This document shows positions 8,787 to 18,026 of a stretch of 64,000 bases of DNA, one piece after another. Position 1 is the stretch's first letter; each line of letters opens with the position of its first letter. The notes under the pieces are model-generated. The model had not been told where the DNA came from, ran no database searches, and was given only the letters and a program-made list of their open reading frames with translations. The translations under genes and the position numbers were made by a program. Source of the DNA: Peptococcaceae bacterium. Lineage in GTDB: Bacteria; Bacillota; UBA994. Location: positions 834 to 64,833 of the forward strand of contig JAGXSS010000108.1 of NCBI GenBank assembly GCA_018334055.1, read 5' to 3'.

Positions 8787-8822
8787 TGTCACTGTATCGC
8801 TATGGAGGGAGGTTTTTGCCAG

Positions 8823-9179
8823 ATGACTTTGAATATCGTCGAATTGCTGCACCGCGGTCTTGATGCCGCGGCACTCCGCCAGCGCACCATTGCCAATAAC
8901 GTGGCAAATGCCAACACACCCGGCTTTAAACGCAGTTTTGTCACGTTCGAGGAGCATGTGCGGGACGCCATAGACCGGCGCAGCTTCTCGCCAGGTGCTA
9001 TGACCGCGCGCTTACAGCAGGATAGGGGCACTTCGATGCGTGAGGATGGCAACAATGTCAGCGTCGAGCACGAGATGGTGCTGATGGCGGCCAATACCGT
9101 ACAGTACCAAGCCTTGTCGCAGCAACTCAGCGAGCGGCTGTCGCTTTTGCGCTATGTCATTAACGAAGGGAGGCGCTGA
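8823..9179 (+). CDS. flgB: Basal-body rod protein FlgB
   Basis: LDAAALRQRTIANNVANANTPGFKR, REDGNNVSVEHEM; ATG 8823 after SD GGAGGGAGG. Confidence 0.96.
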   Translation: MTLNIVELLHRGLDAAALRQRTIANNVANANTPGFKRSFVTFEEHVRDAIDRRSFSPGAMTARLQQDRGTSMREDGNNVSVEHEMVLMAANTVQYQALSQQLSERLSLLRYVINEGRR

Positions 9180-9181
9180 TT

Positions 9182-9622
9182 ATGCGGGTTTTTGCGGGCA
9201 TGGCCATCAGCGCGTCGGCCCTATCGGCCGAGAAATTACGCATTGACATGGTGGCTAAGAATGTCGCCAATATGAATACCACGCGCACGCCCGAAGGCGG
9301 GCCCTACCAAAGACGTAAGGTGGTATTTGCAGAGCTTATGGATGACGCCTCTCGCCAGCGTTTTGTGCGCCTACCCTCGCGCGGGGTGTCCAGGGGAGTG
9401 CGGGTGGCGGCTGTCGTCACCGACAACGCCCCGCCGCGCATGGTGCACGACCCTAGCCATCCCGATGCCAATGCGGAGGGCATGCTGGCTATGCCAGACA
9501 TAAACCTTGTCAACGAGATGGTCGACCTCATCACCGCTACCCGCGCCTATGAGACCAATGTGCAGGTGCTAAATGCCAGCAAGGCCATGCAGCTTAGGGC
9601 CTTAGAAATTGGGAGAGGGTAG
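9182..9622 (+). CDS. flgC: Basal-body rod protein FlgC
   Basis: ISASALSAEKLR...NVAN.NTTRTPEGGPYQRR, DPSHPDA, EMVDLI.ATRAYE. Confidence 0.97.
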   Translation: MRVFAGMAISASALSAEKLRIDMVAKNVANMNTTRTPEGGPYQRRKVVFAELMDDASRQRFVRLPSRGVSRGVRVAAVVTDNAPPRMVHDPSHPDANAEGMLAMPDINLVNEMVDLITATRAYETNVQVLNASKAMQLRALEIGRG

Positions 9623-9631
9623 GTGCCTTAG

Positions 9632-9934
9632 ATGATAATGCCGATCAGCCCCTTGCTCCCCGTTACTGCCATTAGCCCCGTCAATCGGGTGGCGGCGACC
9701 ACTAAACAAGAGGGCGGCAACTTTGCGGCCGAGCTCAACAACGCTCTGGCCGAGGTCAACGCCCTTCAGGTTCGGGCTGATGACATGGCCACGAAGCTAG
9801 TGCTTGGGCAAATTGATGATGTCCATGAAGTGACCATCGCCATGGAGAAAGCGGCCCTGTCCTTGCAGCTGGCTGTCCAGGTGCGCAACAAAGTGGTCGA
9901 AGCCTACCAAGAAATCGCTCGCATGCAAATATAG
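9632..9934 (+). CDS. fliE: Hook-basal body protein FliE
   Basis: DVHEVTIAMEKA.LSLQLAVQVRNKVVEAYQEI.RMQI. Confidence 0.97.
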   Translation: MIMPISPLLPVTAISPVNRVAATTKQEGGNFAAELNNALAEVNALQVRADDMATKLVLGQIDDVHEVTIAMEKAALSLQLAVQVRNKVVEAYQEIARMQI

Positions 9935-9946
9935 GGGTGAGGCCTG

Positions 9947-11482
9947 ATGAGCATATTTTCTCAGACGGCAGGCTGGTGGGTGGAGCAGGACTCGCGCCGG
10001 CGCACCATGTGGTCTCTACTACTTGTCGCGGTGCTGGTCGCAACCGGTTCGGCCGCCTTCTACACCACCCGCGTCAATTTTGTGCCGCTGTTTACCGGGC
10101 TTGAGCCAGCGCAGGCGCATGCCATTGTCGGTTCGCTCAAAGAGCAGAATGTCGTCTACCAGCTTGGCGACGGGGGAACATCTGTCTTAGTGCCTGAAGC
10201 GCGTCTGCACGAACTCCGCATCATGGTGGCTGGCGAGGGCCTTTACAACACCGGGGTCGGGTTTGAGCTGTTTGATGAGGCCCGCCTCGGACTGACCGAT
10301 TTTGAGCGCCGCATTAACTACCAACGGGCGCTGCAAGAGGAACTGCGGCGTACCATCTCCGCCTATCCTGTGGTCGACCAGGTGCGTGTGCACCTAGTTA
10401 TCCCTGAGCGCAGCGTCTTTGTGCAACAGGCCGCCACGGCCAGCGCTTCCATTACCCTAAGGCTGCGTCCCTTTCAGAGCCTTTCTACGGAACAGGTGAA
10501 GGGCATGGTCTACCTCGTAGCCTTAAGCGTTCCGAATCTAAAGCGTGAAAATATCACCATCGTCGATGTGGGGGGCAGCATACTAACCGCTGGTCTGAAT
10601 TTAGGAGAGAATGCCGCCAACCCTACTCTGGCGCGGCAGGGCGAACTGCAACGAGGTTTTGAACGTGAGATCGAAGCGAGGTTGCTGGGCATGTTAGAGC
10701 GCCTCTACGGTCCTGGGCAGGCGGTCGTTGTCGTCACGGCAGAGCTAAACTTTAACCAGGAGAGTGTCACGCGCATTGTCTACGACGCAGCCGGACAGGT
10801 GGTGCGGAGTGAACAGATAGCCGAAGAAAACTTTACCGGTCCCGCGGGGCAGGCAGGCGGTGTGGCGGGTGCTGGCTCCAATGTACCGCTATATCCTACA
10901 GGAGAAGCCACCGAAGGTACGAGTACATATTCTAAAGTCGAGACCAACCGGCAATTCGAGATTGGCACAACCCAGACTACCACAGTCACTGCACCCGGGC
11001 AGGTTACACGCTTATCGGCCGCCGTCACCGTTAACGGTGAACTAAACGAAGCGCAGGTCAGCGAACTCAACCAGCTAGTGCGGGCCGCCCTTGGCTATGA
11101 GGAGGCGAGGGGTGACTCCATCCGCATCGCTGCTATGCCCTTCAGCCGCGTGCACATTGAGCAGGCGGAGCAGGAAATGGCGGAGCTAGCCCGTCAAGCA
11201 GAGGTGCGGCAGTATATAAATTGGGGCATCATGGGGGCGGGCGGCCTGCTAGGCTTTATTTTGCTCCTAGTTGTCATCGGTAAAATCAGACAGGCGACGC
11301 GCTTTGAAGTAGCCAAGACCCAGGCAGTAGATTTAGTTCCCCTAAAGGAGGCCCTAGCCCAGGCAGCCGCGGCGAAAAGCACGACTGAGAGTGACGAAGC
11401 CCTCAACCGGGTCAAAGAAATTGCCAGCAAGCAACCAGAAGAAGTAGCTCTCCTCATAAAAGCGTGGTTTAATGAAGGGTAG
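9947..11482 (+). CDS. fliF: MS-ring protein FliF
   Basis: N-terminal TM, GFELFD, YQRALQEEL.RTI, VHLVIPE, C-terminal TM and A.LIKAW. Confidence 0.96.
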   Translation: MSIFSQTAGWWVEQDSRRRTMWSLLLVAVLVATGSAAFYTTRVNFVPLFTGLEPAQAHAIVGSLKEQNVVYQLGDGGTSVLVPEARLHELRIMVAGEGLYNTGVGFELFDEARLGLTDFERRINYQRALQEELRRTISAYPVVDQVRVHLVIPERSVFVQQAATASASITLRLRPFQSLSTEQVKGMVYLVALSVPNLKRENITIVDVGGSILTAGLNLGENAANPTLARQGELQRGFEREIEARLLGMLERLYGPGQAVVVVTAELNFNQESVTRIVYDAAGQVVRSEQIAEENFTGPAGQAGGVAGAGSNVPLYPTGEATEGTSTYSKVETNRQFEIGTTQTTTVTAPGQVTRLSAAVTVNGELNEAQVSELNQLVRAALGYEEARGDSIRIAAMPFSRVHIEQAEQEMAELARQAEVRQYINWGIMGAGGLLGFILLLVVIGKIRQATRFEVAKTQAVDLVPLKEALAQAAAAKSTTESDEALNRVKEIASKQPEEVALLIKAWFNEG

Positions 11483-11493
11483 GGAAGATTTTC

Positions 11494-12504
11494 TTGCCAA
11501 AGGAAAGACGCACCAGCGGCCTCAAAAAAATTGCCGCGCTCCTCATCTCTTTGGGACCAGAGGCGTCAGCGCGCGTGCTCAAGCTCTTGCCGGATGCAGA
11601 TATTGAGCTCATTGCCGCAGAGGTGGCCAATACCAGCCATGTTGAGCCAGAGTTTAGGGCCAAGATATTGGATGAGTTCATGGAGACGCATAATGCGCAC
11701 AGCTACCTTTTGGAGGGTGGGGTCGGCTATGCGCGGGCCATGCTCGACAGTGCGCTAGGCGTCGCTAAGTCTACCGAAATTATGCGTCGCCTATCGCAGT
11801 CGACTGCTCTTCGGCCCTTTGCTTTTGCGCGTAAAATAGATCCGAAACAGCTTGGTGGGGCGATATCCGAAGAACACCCCCAAACCATAGCCTTGGTCAT
11901 GGCCTACTTGGCACCTGAACAATCCTCGGTCATTATGTCCATGCTTCCCCCCGAGGTGAGGGCAGATGTTGCCAAGCGCATTGCCACCATGGAGAGAGTC
12001 TCCCCTGAGGTCGTTAACGAGCTTGAAACCGTCCTTTCGGGCAAATTTTCTGTTTTTTCCCAGCAAGATTTCTTTGTGGCAGGTGGTATGAAGGCTCTCG
12101 TGAACATTCTCAACCGGGTCGATCGAGCTTCGGAAAAAATGATATTTGAGTACTTGGAACGCGAAGACCCCGCCTTAGCCGAAGAAATACGCAAGCGACT
12201 CTTTGTCTTTGAGGATATTGTCTTGCTTGATGACAGCGCTATCCAAAGGGTCATCCGCGATATAGATAACCGCGAGCTGGCGATGGCCTTAAAGGGCGGT
12301 GGGGGCGAAGTTACCCAGCGCATTTTCAAGAACATGTCCAAGCGCGCCGCGGATATGCTGCGCGAAGACCTTGACTTCCTCGGACCGATACGCCTGCGCG
12401 ATGTCGAAGAGGCCCAGGCGCGCATAGTGGCCGTTATACGCAAGCTGGACGAAGCAGGAGAAATAGTCATTGCCCGAGGTGGAGAAGATGCCATTATTGC
12501 TTAA
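11494..12504 (+). CDS. fliG: Motor switch protein FliG
   Basis: KIAALLISLGPE, EEHPQTIAL, LFVFED, NMSKRAA, GPIRLRDVEEAQ. Confidence 0.98.
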   Translation: MPKERRTSGLKKIAALLISLGPEASARVLKLLPDADIELIAAEVANTSHVEPEFRAKILDEFMETHNAHSYLLEGGVGYARAMLDSALGVAKSTEIMRRLSQSTALRPFAFARKIDPKQLGGAISEEHPQTIALVMAYLAPEQSSVIMSMLPPEVRADVAKRIATMERVSPEVVNELETVLSGKFSVFSQQDFFVAGGMKALVNILNRVDRASEKMIFEYLEREDPALAEEIRKRLFVFEDIVLLDDSAIQRVIRDIDNRELAMALKGGGGEVTQRIFKNMSKRAADMLREDLDFLGPIRLRDVEEAQARIVAVIRKLDEAGEIVIARGGEDAIIA

Positions 12505-13192
12505 GAATGCGGTGGTGCAAGGACATGGATCGCGCACCATTCCGGTTAACCAAGTGACTGTGCCCTGTGTTTTGCCCGCTACCGAAGACAGCGGTGCCCA
12601 GGAGGCGTGGATAGCTGAGCGCCTAAGATCCGGCCGCGAGGAGTGGCACCGTGAAGCCTCGGAGTGGCTCGCAGCTCACAAAGAAGAGCTTCGGGCCGTG
12701 ATCGAAGCCGAGGGATTGCGCCGCTATGAGGCAGCTAGGAACGAGGGCTACCATGACGGTTGGAACTTAGCGCAAACCGAGGCGGAGGCGCTCATGCAAG
12801 ACGTACGGCACAGCTATAGGCTGCTTGAAGCTGACCGCAAAGCGTTTGTAGCAGGCTGCCAACAGGACATCAGTCAGCTGGTGGTCACTGTGGTTGAGCA
12901 TGTGCTGCGGCAGGAATTGACTGTGGCGGCAGAAACTTTGTCGCAGGTCATTGCCAAAGCAAGCGGGGAATTGGTCGATAGACGGCAGGTGATGATATTT
13001 GTTCACCCCAGTCGATTGGACGATGTGCAAACGCTATTAATTGCGACGCCCGCGACCCTTGGCATGCAGCCTTACCTTGTCCGTCCTGACCCTAGCTTGC
13101 ATGTGGCTTCATTTCGCGCCGAGGACGATTTAGGCACAGTAACTGTTGACCTGCCTGAACTCCTGCTCCAGCTCGAGCAATTGCTGCCATGA
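12488..13192 (+). CDS. fliH: Flagellar export protein FliH
   Basis: AxxEGYxDG helix, IFVHP motif, between fliG and fliI; ATG 12488 preferred. Confidence 0.8.
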   Translation: MPLLLKNAVVQGHGSRTIPVNQVTVPCVLPATEDSGAQEAWIAERLRSGREEWHREASEWLAAHKEELRAVIEAEGLRRYEAARNEGYHDGWNLAQTEAEALMQDVRHSYRLLEADRKAFVAGCQQDISQLVVTVVEHVLRQELTVAAETLSQVIAKASGELVDRRQVMIFVHPSRLDDVQTLLIATPATLGMQPYLVRPDPSLHVASFRAEDDLGTVTVDLPELLLQLEQLLP

Positions 13193-14502
13193 CAATCTAT
13201 TCTTATGATTTCACGGGGGTCGGTGCGCGCGCCAAGGAAAAGGTTAATTGGCGCTCCTGCGGCAGGGTGACCGAGGTCATCGGACTCACGGTCGAGGCGA
13301 GGGGTTTTCGGGCTTCAATTGGCGAGCTGTGCCGCATCGGCCAGGGTGAGCAAAGCGTCCTGGCCGAAGTCGTTGGTTTTAGCGGAGATAAGCTTTTCCT
13401 CTTTCCTTTTCGGTCCCTGCATGGTATAGCCCCGGGGAGCGTAGTCCAGCCACTGCGGCAGAGGCTCATGGTGCACTGCGGTGACCACTTGCTCGGGCAG
13501 GTGCTTGACGGACTGGGCCGGCCACTTTTGGGGGGCGACGCTCCGGTCGGCCACCCCTATCCTCTAGACCAGACCCCACCAAACCCCTTGGTGCGGACGA
13601 GGGTTGATTCCATTATTGAAACTGGTGTAAAGGCCATCGACCTATTTCTCACCGCGGGCAATGGGCAGCGCCTCGGCATTTTCGCCGGCAGTGGGGTAGG
13701 CAAGAGCACCTTGCTTGGCATGATTGCGCGCGGTAGCACCGCAGATTGCAATGTCATCGCCTTAGTTGGGGAGCGCGGTCGTGAAGTGCGCGACTTTCTG
13801 GAGCGAGATCTCGGTCCCGAGGGCCTCAAGCGCTCGGTGGTGGTGGCGGCTACATCTGACCAATCGGCCCTCATGCGCATCAAATCCGCGCTCACGGCCA
13901 CGGCGATCGCTGAATTTTTTCGCGACCAGGGGAAAAATGTCCTGCTCCTAATGGATTCTGTGACCCGTTTTGCCATGTCGCAACGGGAAGTTGGTCTGGC
14001 GATTGGCGAACCCCCCACGACTAGGGGATACCCACCTTCGGTGTTTGCCCTCCTCCCCAAACTCTTAGAGCGCTCCGGTACTGGGGAGAGGGGTTCAATA
14101 ACCGCTCTCTACACCGTCCTCGTGGAGGGAGATGACCTCAATGAGCCCATTGCTGACACGGTACGCGGCATTCTCGATGGCCACATTGTGCTTTCGCGCA
14201 AATTGGCAGAGCGCAACCACTATCCCTCTGTTGATGTCTTGCAGAGCGTGAGCCGCTTAGCGACCGATTTAGCGAACCCAGAGCATCTGAGTATCGCTTC
14301 GCAGTGCCGCACTTTGTTAGCTGTTTACCGCCAAAACGAAGATCTCATTAATATTGGGGCCTATATCAAAGCCTCGAGCCGGGAGATTGACGAGGCGATC
14401 GCGAAAGTGCCGCAGATTATGGAAGTTTTGGCGCAGGGTGTCGAGGAGCGTTACCCCTTGGAAGTGGCTTTAGAAAAACTAAAAATTGCCCTAGCGAGGT
14501 GA
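13189..14502 (+). CDS. fliI: Flagellar export ATPase FliI
   Basis: Walker A AGSGVGKS, LVGERGREV, DSVTRFA, GEPPTTRGYPPS. Confidence 0.98.
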   Translation: MTIYSYDFTGVGARAKEKVNWRSCGRVTEVIGLTVEARGFRASIGELCRIGQGEQSVLAEVVGFSGDKLFLFPFRSLHGIAPGSVVQPLRQRLMVHCGDHLLGQVLDGLGRPLLGGDAPVGHPYPLDQTPPNPLVRTRVDSIIETGVKAIDLFLTAGNGQRLGIFAGSGVGKSTLLGMIARGSTADCNVIALVGERGREVRDFLERDLGPEGLKRSVVVAATSDQSALMRIKSALTATAIAEFFRDQGKNVLLLMDSVTRFAMSQREVGLAIGEPPTTRGYPPSVFALLPKLLERSGTGERGSITALYTVLVEGDDLNEPIADTVRGILDGHIVLSRKLAERNHYPSVDVLQSVSRLATDLANPEHLSIASQCRTLLAVYRQNEDLINIGAYIKASSREIDEAIAKVPQIMEVLAQGVEERYPLEVALEKLKIALAR

Positions 14503-14506
14503 GGAC

Positions 14507-14938
14507 ATGAAGAAACATTATACTTTGCAGCAAGTGCTGGAGCTAAAGAAACAGTTAGAAAGACAGCAAATGCTCGTCTTGGCCAGGGCCGAACAAACGA
14601 GGCAGGAACAGGCCGAGCATATTCAGGCCTTAGTTCTGGGTTTTGAAGAACAAGTGGAAGTTTGTGTCGCGCCGGAGTTTATAGATTGTCGGAGCATGTA
14701 TTTAGAGTGCCAACACCTCGAGTTGCAGTTCGCGCAAGGACAGTTGTCCGAAATGGTGGCCGACTGTGATGTGGCTAGGCAGGACCTTATCTACGCTGCG
14801 CTGGAGCGCCGCAAATTAGAGCTGCACCGTGACTCCTGCGAGGCTGCCTGGAGTTATATATGGCAGCGTAAGGAGCAATCCCACTCCGATGAAGTTGCGG
14901 CTCTGATGTACAATAGGCCAAGGGCTCTGACGCGATGA
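14507..14938 (+). CDS. fliJ: Flagellar export protein FliJ
   Basis: 143-aa coiled coil after fliI: LQQVLELK...ERRKLE...EQ..SDE. Confidence 0.8.
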   Translation: MKKHYTLQQVLELKKQLERQQMLVLARAEQTRQEQAEHIQALVLGFEEQVEVCVAPEFIDCRSMYLECQHLELQFAQGQLSEMVADCDVARQDLIYAALERRKLELHRDSCEAAWSYIWQRKEQSHSDEVAALMYNRPRALTR

Positions 14939-16335
14939 AAGTAGAGCATCTCAAGTTGCCGGTGGGTTTTACCTCTGCTGCCAAAAAAACCGGGGAAAAA
15001 GGCGCCGAGGAGGGGTCATTTTCCGGCGTATTAAGCCAAGTGTTAGGCAATATCGAAAAAATAGATTTAGGCATTGTCCAGGCGTCGTGCCCGGAGGAAG
15101 TCCCTGCTGAAGAGTCAAGGGTGCAGGTTCAGCCAGGACAAACGCTATCGCAGCTAGCCTTCTCGTTGGCGGCGCTCCTTCCCCTAAGCAATGGGGGAGA
15201 GAATACGGTCGTGGCGGAGACTGAGGTGTCAAAGACTTTTTTAGGCCGTGGCGTAGAAAATATTAGCTTACCGTCGACCGGCAATAGCCAGCCACCTAGT
15301 ATACCTGTGCCAAGTTCTGCGGAAAGAGGGATTGCCGAATCAACGCCGACACTTGACCATGCCATGGAAAGTGGCATAAAAAATGCCGAGCCACACTTGA
15401 GCGGCAATAGCCCAACGCCCGCCATACCCGTGCTTATTGCTACAGAAAGTAAGCTTGACGTATCAACGCCGACACCCGGCCGTGGCGTAGAAAGCGGGTC
15501 TGTGAGTCCGCGCGCAGAAGGTGGCGCGATTGTGCCAAACCCGGCTATTACTGAGCCGAACTATCCAGCGATAACCTCGACCCCGATTATACCAACCAAC
15601 AGCGTACGGACGCCAGCGGAAGCTGCCAGCGTTGGGGAATCCGGCGGTTTGGAAAGTCTGTTGAGGGCGGGGCGTAGTGGTGCGGTAGTTCCGGTTAATA
15701 AAGAAAACACTTCGTCCACGATGAACACTCTAGCGGAGTCCGTCAAGCCTTCAGACATTGCCAAGATGACCGTCTCCATACGACCCCTGGTAACTGCCCA
15801 AGAACAGAGTAGGCCGGCTCTACATTCCCCAAGGCCGGCGCAAGCAATACCGGATATCTATACTCCACCGGTGGTTACCGACACGGCAGCGGCAAGAGGC
15901 GCGGAAGCAGAGAGTGAGCCTGCTCGACCAACCGCGGTGGCAGCAGAGTCTTTCGCGAGAACGCCTGTGGTTGCCCCCAGTGTGTCGCCCACCTTCATTA
16001 GGGAATTGAACGCGGAGATTATCGCCTTTGCGGTGCGCCCTACTCGCTCTGCTCTGACGCTCGAGGTTACTCCGCGGGAATATGGCCGGGTGATAGTGAG
16101 TGCGGAAATGGAACAAGGTGTAGCCATTGTCCGTTTGGTCACAGAGACTGTAGCGGCCAAAGTTGCTCTGTTAGAACATCTGCCAAAACCCACCGCCACC
16201 CTAGAGGTGAGAGTGTATACTGCCGATGAGTATAAGGAATGGGCAGAGGACCCTCGTCATGGTCGGCCTAAGGGTGACGGAGCAGAGCATAGACCGCCGC
16301 GCAAGAAAGAGCCCTATGTTGAGTTTAAGGTATAG
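14935..16335 (+). CDS. fliK: Hook-length control protein FliK
   Basis: Long Pro/Ser/Thr/Ala-rich region and C-terminal T3S4-like L.V.P.EYGRV.V motif; between fliJ and flgD. Confidence 0.8.
   Translation: MKVEHLKLPVGFTSAAKKTGEKGAEEGSFSGVLSQVLGNIEKIDLGIVQASCPEEVPAEESRVQVQPGQTLSQLAFSLAALLPLSNGGENTVVAETEVSKTFLGRGVENISLPSTGNSQPPSIPVPSSAERGIAESTPTLDHAMESGIKNAEPHLSGNSPTPAIPVLIATESKLDVSTPTPGRGVESGSVSPRAEGGAIVPNPAITEPNYPAITSTPIIPTNSVRTPAEAASVGESGGLESLLRAGRSGAVVPVNKENTSSTMNTLAESVKPSDIAKMTVSIRPLVTAQEQSRPALHSPRPAQAIPDIYTPPVVTDTAAARGAEAESEPARPTAVAAESFARTPVVAPSVSPTFIRELNAEIIAFAVRPTRSALTLEVTPREYGRVIVSAEMEQGVAIVRLVTETVAAKVALLEHLPKPTATLEVRVYTADEYKEWAEDPRHGRPKGDGAEHRPPRKKEPYVEFKV
15250..15495 (+). repeat. Degenerate in-frame tandem duplication (2 x 123 bp, 41 aa) within fliK
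   Basis: GGCAATAGC at 15280 and 15403; TCAACGCCGACAC at 15340 and 15463 (both 123 bp apart); peptides GNSQPPSIPV..ESTPT and GNSPTPAIPV..VSTPT. Confidence 0.8.
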
Positions 16336-16346
16336 GAGGTTAGGCA

Positions 16347-16757
16347 ATGAAAGTCGAAGCAGTGGGACAGAGCGAAGTGGTTCGCGCGGCGGCAAATTTG
16401 CGCCCGGGAGGAGAGCTGGGCAAAGATGCTTTCTTAAAGATATTGCTCGCCCAAATTAAAAATCAAGATCCTTTAAAACCGACCGACAGCACCGCGATGG
16501 TAGCGCAACTGGCGCAATTTAGCACTTTGGAACAGCTGCAGAATCTGAATACTCAGATGGAGCAACTAGTAGAAAGTCAGTTGCTCGGCGATTTCAGTGC
16601 GCTCATCGGCAAGGCTGTTACCTTCCTTGGGGAAGACGGCGAACAAAAGAAGGGCCATGCAGAATCGCTCCTGTGGCGGGGCCGCCAGAGCCTGTTGCGC
16701 GTCAATGGCGAGTTGGTGCCTCTAAACAGACTGCTCGAAATAGGGGAGGGATTGTAG
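16347..16757 (+). CDS. flgD: Hook capping protein FlgD
   Basis: LGKDAFLKILLAQIKNQDPLKP...AQLAQFSTLEQ. Confidence 0.96.
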   Translation: MKVEAVGQSEVVRAAANLRPGGELGKDAFLKILLAQIKNQDPLKPTDSTAMVAQLAQFSTLEQLQNLNTQMEQLVESQLLGDFSALIGKAVTFLGEDGEQKKGHAESLLWRGRQSLLRVNGELVPLNRLLEIGEGL

Positions 16758-16758
16758 G

Positions 16759-18009
16759 ATGCTGAGGTCATTGTTTGCCGCTATTTCCGGCATGAGGGGA
16801 CAGCAAACCAAGCTTGATGCCATTGGCAATAATATTGCCAATGCCAGTACCACGGGCTTCAAGGTCAGCAGAGTGCGTTTTCAGGACATGCTCAGTCAGA
16901 CCATTAGGGTGGCGAGTGGCCCCACCCGCGGTAGGGCTGGGACAAACCCATCGCAAGTGGGCTTGGGCATGTCGGTGGCAGGGATAGATACCTTGCACAC
17001 CCAGGGAGCACTGCAGGCCACGGGGCGTTTGACGGACCTGGCTATTCAGGGAAGCGGCTTCTTCGTCATGTCGGATGGTCAACGCAATTTGTTCACGCGT
17101 GATGGGGCTTTTTCTATCTCGAAGGACAATGAGCTGGTCAACACATCTACGGGGATGAAGGTGCTCGGGTGGCCGATTGATGCTACCGGGAGCATCAATA
17201 CCCAAGGTGCGGTTGCGCCTCTAACCATTCCCTTAGGGGAGCAGGTCTTAACTCAACCCACCACCTTGGTAGACTTTACGGGCAACCTGTCTAACGAAGC
17301 GGCTGGTGCAGCCACCCACAGCACCACCGCCACCATTTACGATTCTAAAGGCTCGGCCCATGATGTGCGCATTACTTTTACCCGGGTCGCGGCTTCTAAC
17401 TCATGGACATACACAGTGGCTTTTCCGACGGGTTTTACTCCTCCTGCCGGCATGGCTTTCGTGGGGACGCCAACCGGAACGATTAATTTTGACACCTCCG
17501 GTCGCGTCACCGGCACGACGCCGGCGGTGGCGAGCGTCACCCTAAGCATTCCCCAGGCAGAGAATATTGTCTTTAACATGAATTTTTCTGCCATGAGCAT
17601 GGTGGCGGGGGATAGTACAGGCTTGGTTAGGTCACAAAACGGTTCTTTCCCGGGAGAGCTCGCAACTTTTAGCATCGGCAAGAACGGCATCATCACCGGC
17701 ACCTACACCAATGGTACCGTGCGCGATATCGGTCAACTAGCCATCGCCCATTTTGCTTCTCCGGATGGTTTGCTCAAGGTCGGAGGCAGTCTTTACGAAG
17801 AATCTTCAAGTTCGGGTGGCGCCATTGTGGGCGAAGCGGGTGTCGACGGGCGTGGCACGGTCGAAACGGGAACGCTCGAGATGTCCAATGTCGATTTGGC
17901 TTCCGAATTCACCGAAATGATCACCACCAGCCGCGCTTTTCAAGCCAATTCACGCGTCGTCACGACCTCTGACGAGATGCTCCAGGAACTCATCCAACTC
18001 AAACGTTAG
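16759..18009 (+). CDS. flgE: Hook protein FlgE
   Basis: MLRSLF..ISG, IGNNIANASTTGFK, TGRLTDLAIQGSGFF, LEMSNVDLASEFTEMI...RAFQANSR; follows flgD. Confidence 0.95.
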   Translation: MLRSLFAAISGMRGQQTKLDAIGNNIANASTTGFKVSRVRFQDMLSQTIRVASGPTRGRAGTNPSQVGLGMSVAGIDTLHTQGALQATGRLTDLAIQGSGFFVMSDGQRNLFTRDGAFSISKDNELVNTSTGMKVLGWPIDATGSINTQGAVAPLTIPLGEQVLTQPTTLVDFTGNLSNEAAGAATHSTTATIYDSKGSAHDVRITFTRVAASNSWTYTVAFPTGFTPPAGMAFVGTPTGTINFDTSGRVTGTTPAVASVTLSIPQAENIVFNMNFSAMSMVAGDSTGLVRSQNGSFPGELATFSIGKNGIITGTYTNGTVRDIGQLAIAHFASPDGLLKVGGSLYEESSSSGGAIVGEAGVDGRGTVETGTLEMSNVDLASEFTEMITTSRAFQANSRVVTTSDEMLQELIQLKR

Positions 18010-18026
18010 AATGTGAGGTGTAAAGA

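Noticed and set aside
8711-8822. c-di-GMP riboswitch or phase-variable invertible element before flgB
   Set aside because: Only 112 nt, occupied by a terminator, promoter and SD; no GEMM-like two-hairpin motif and no flanking inverted repeats
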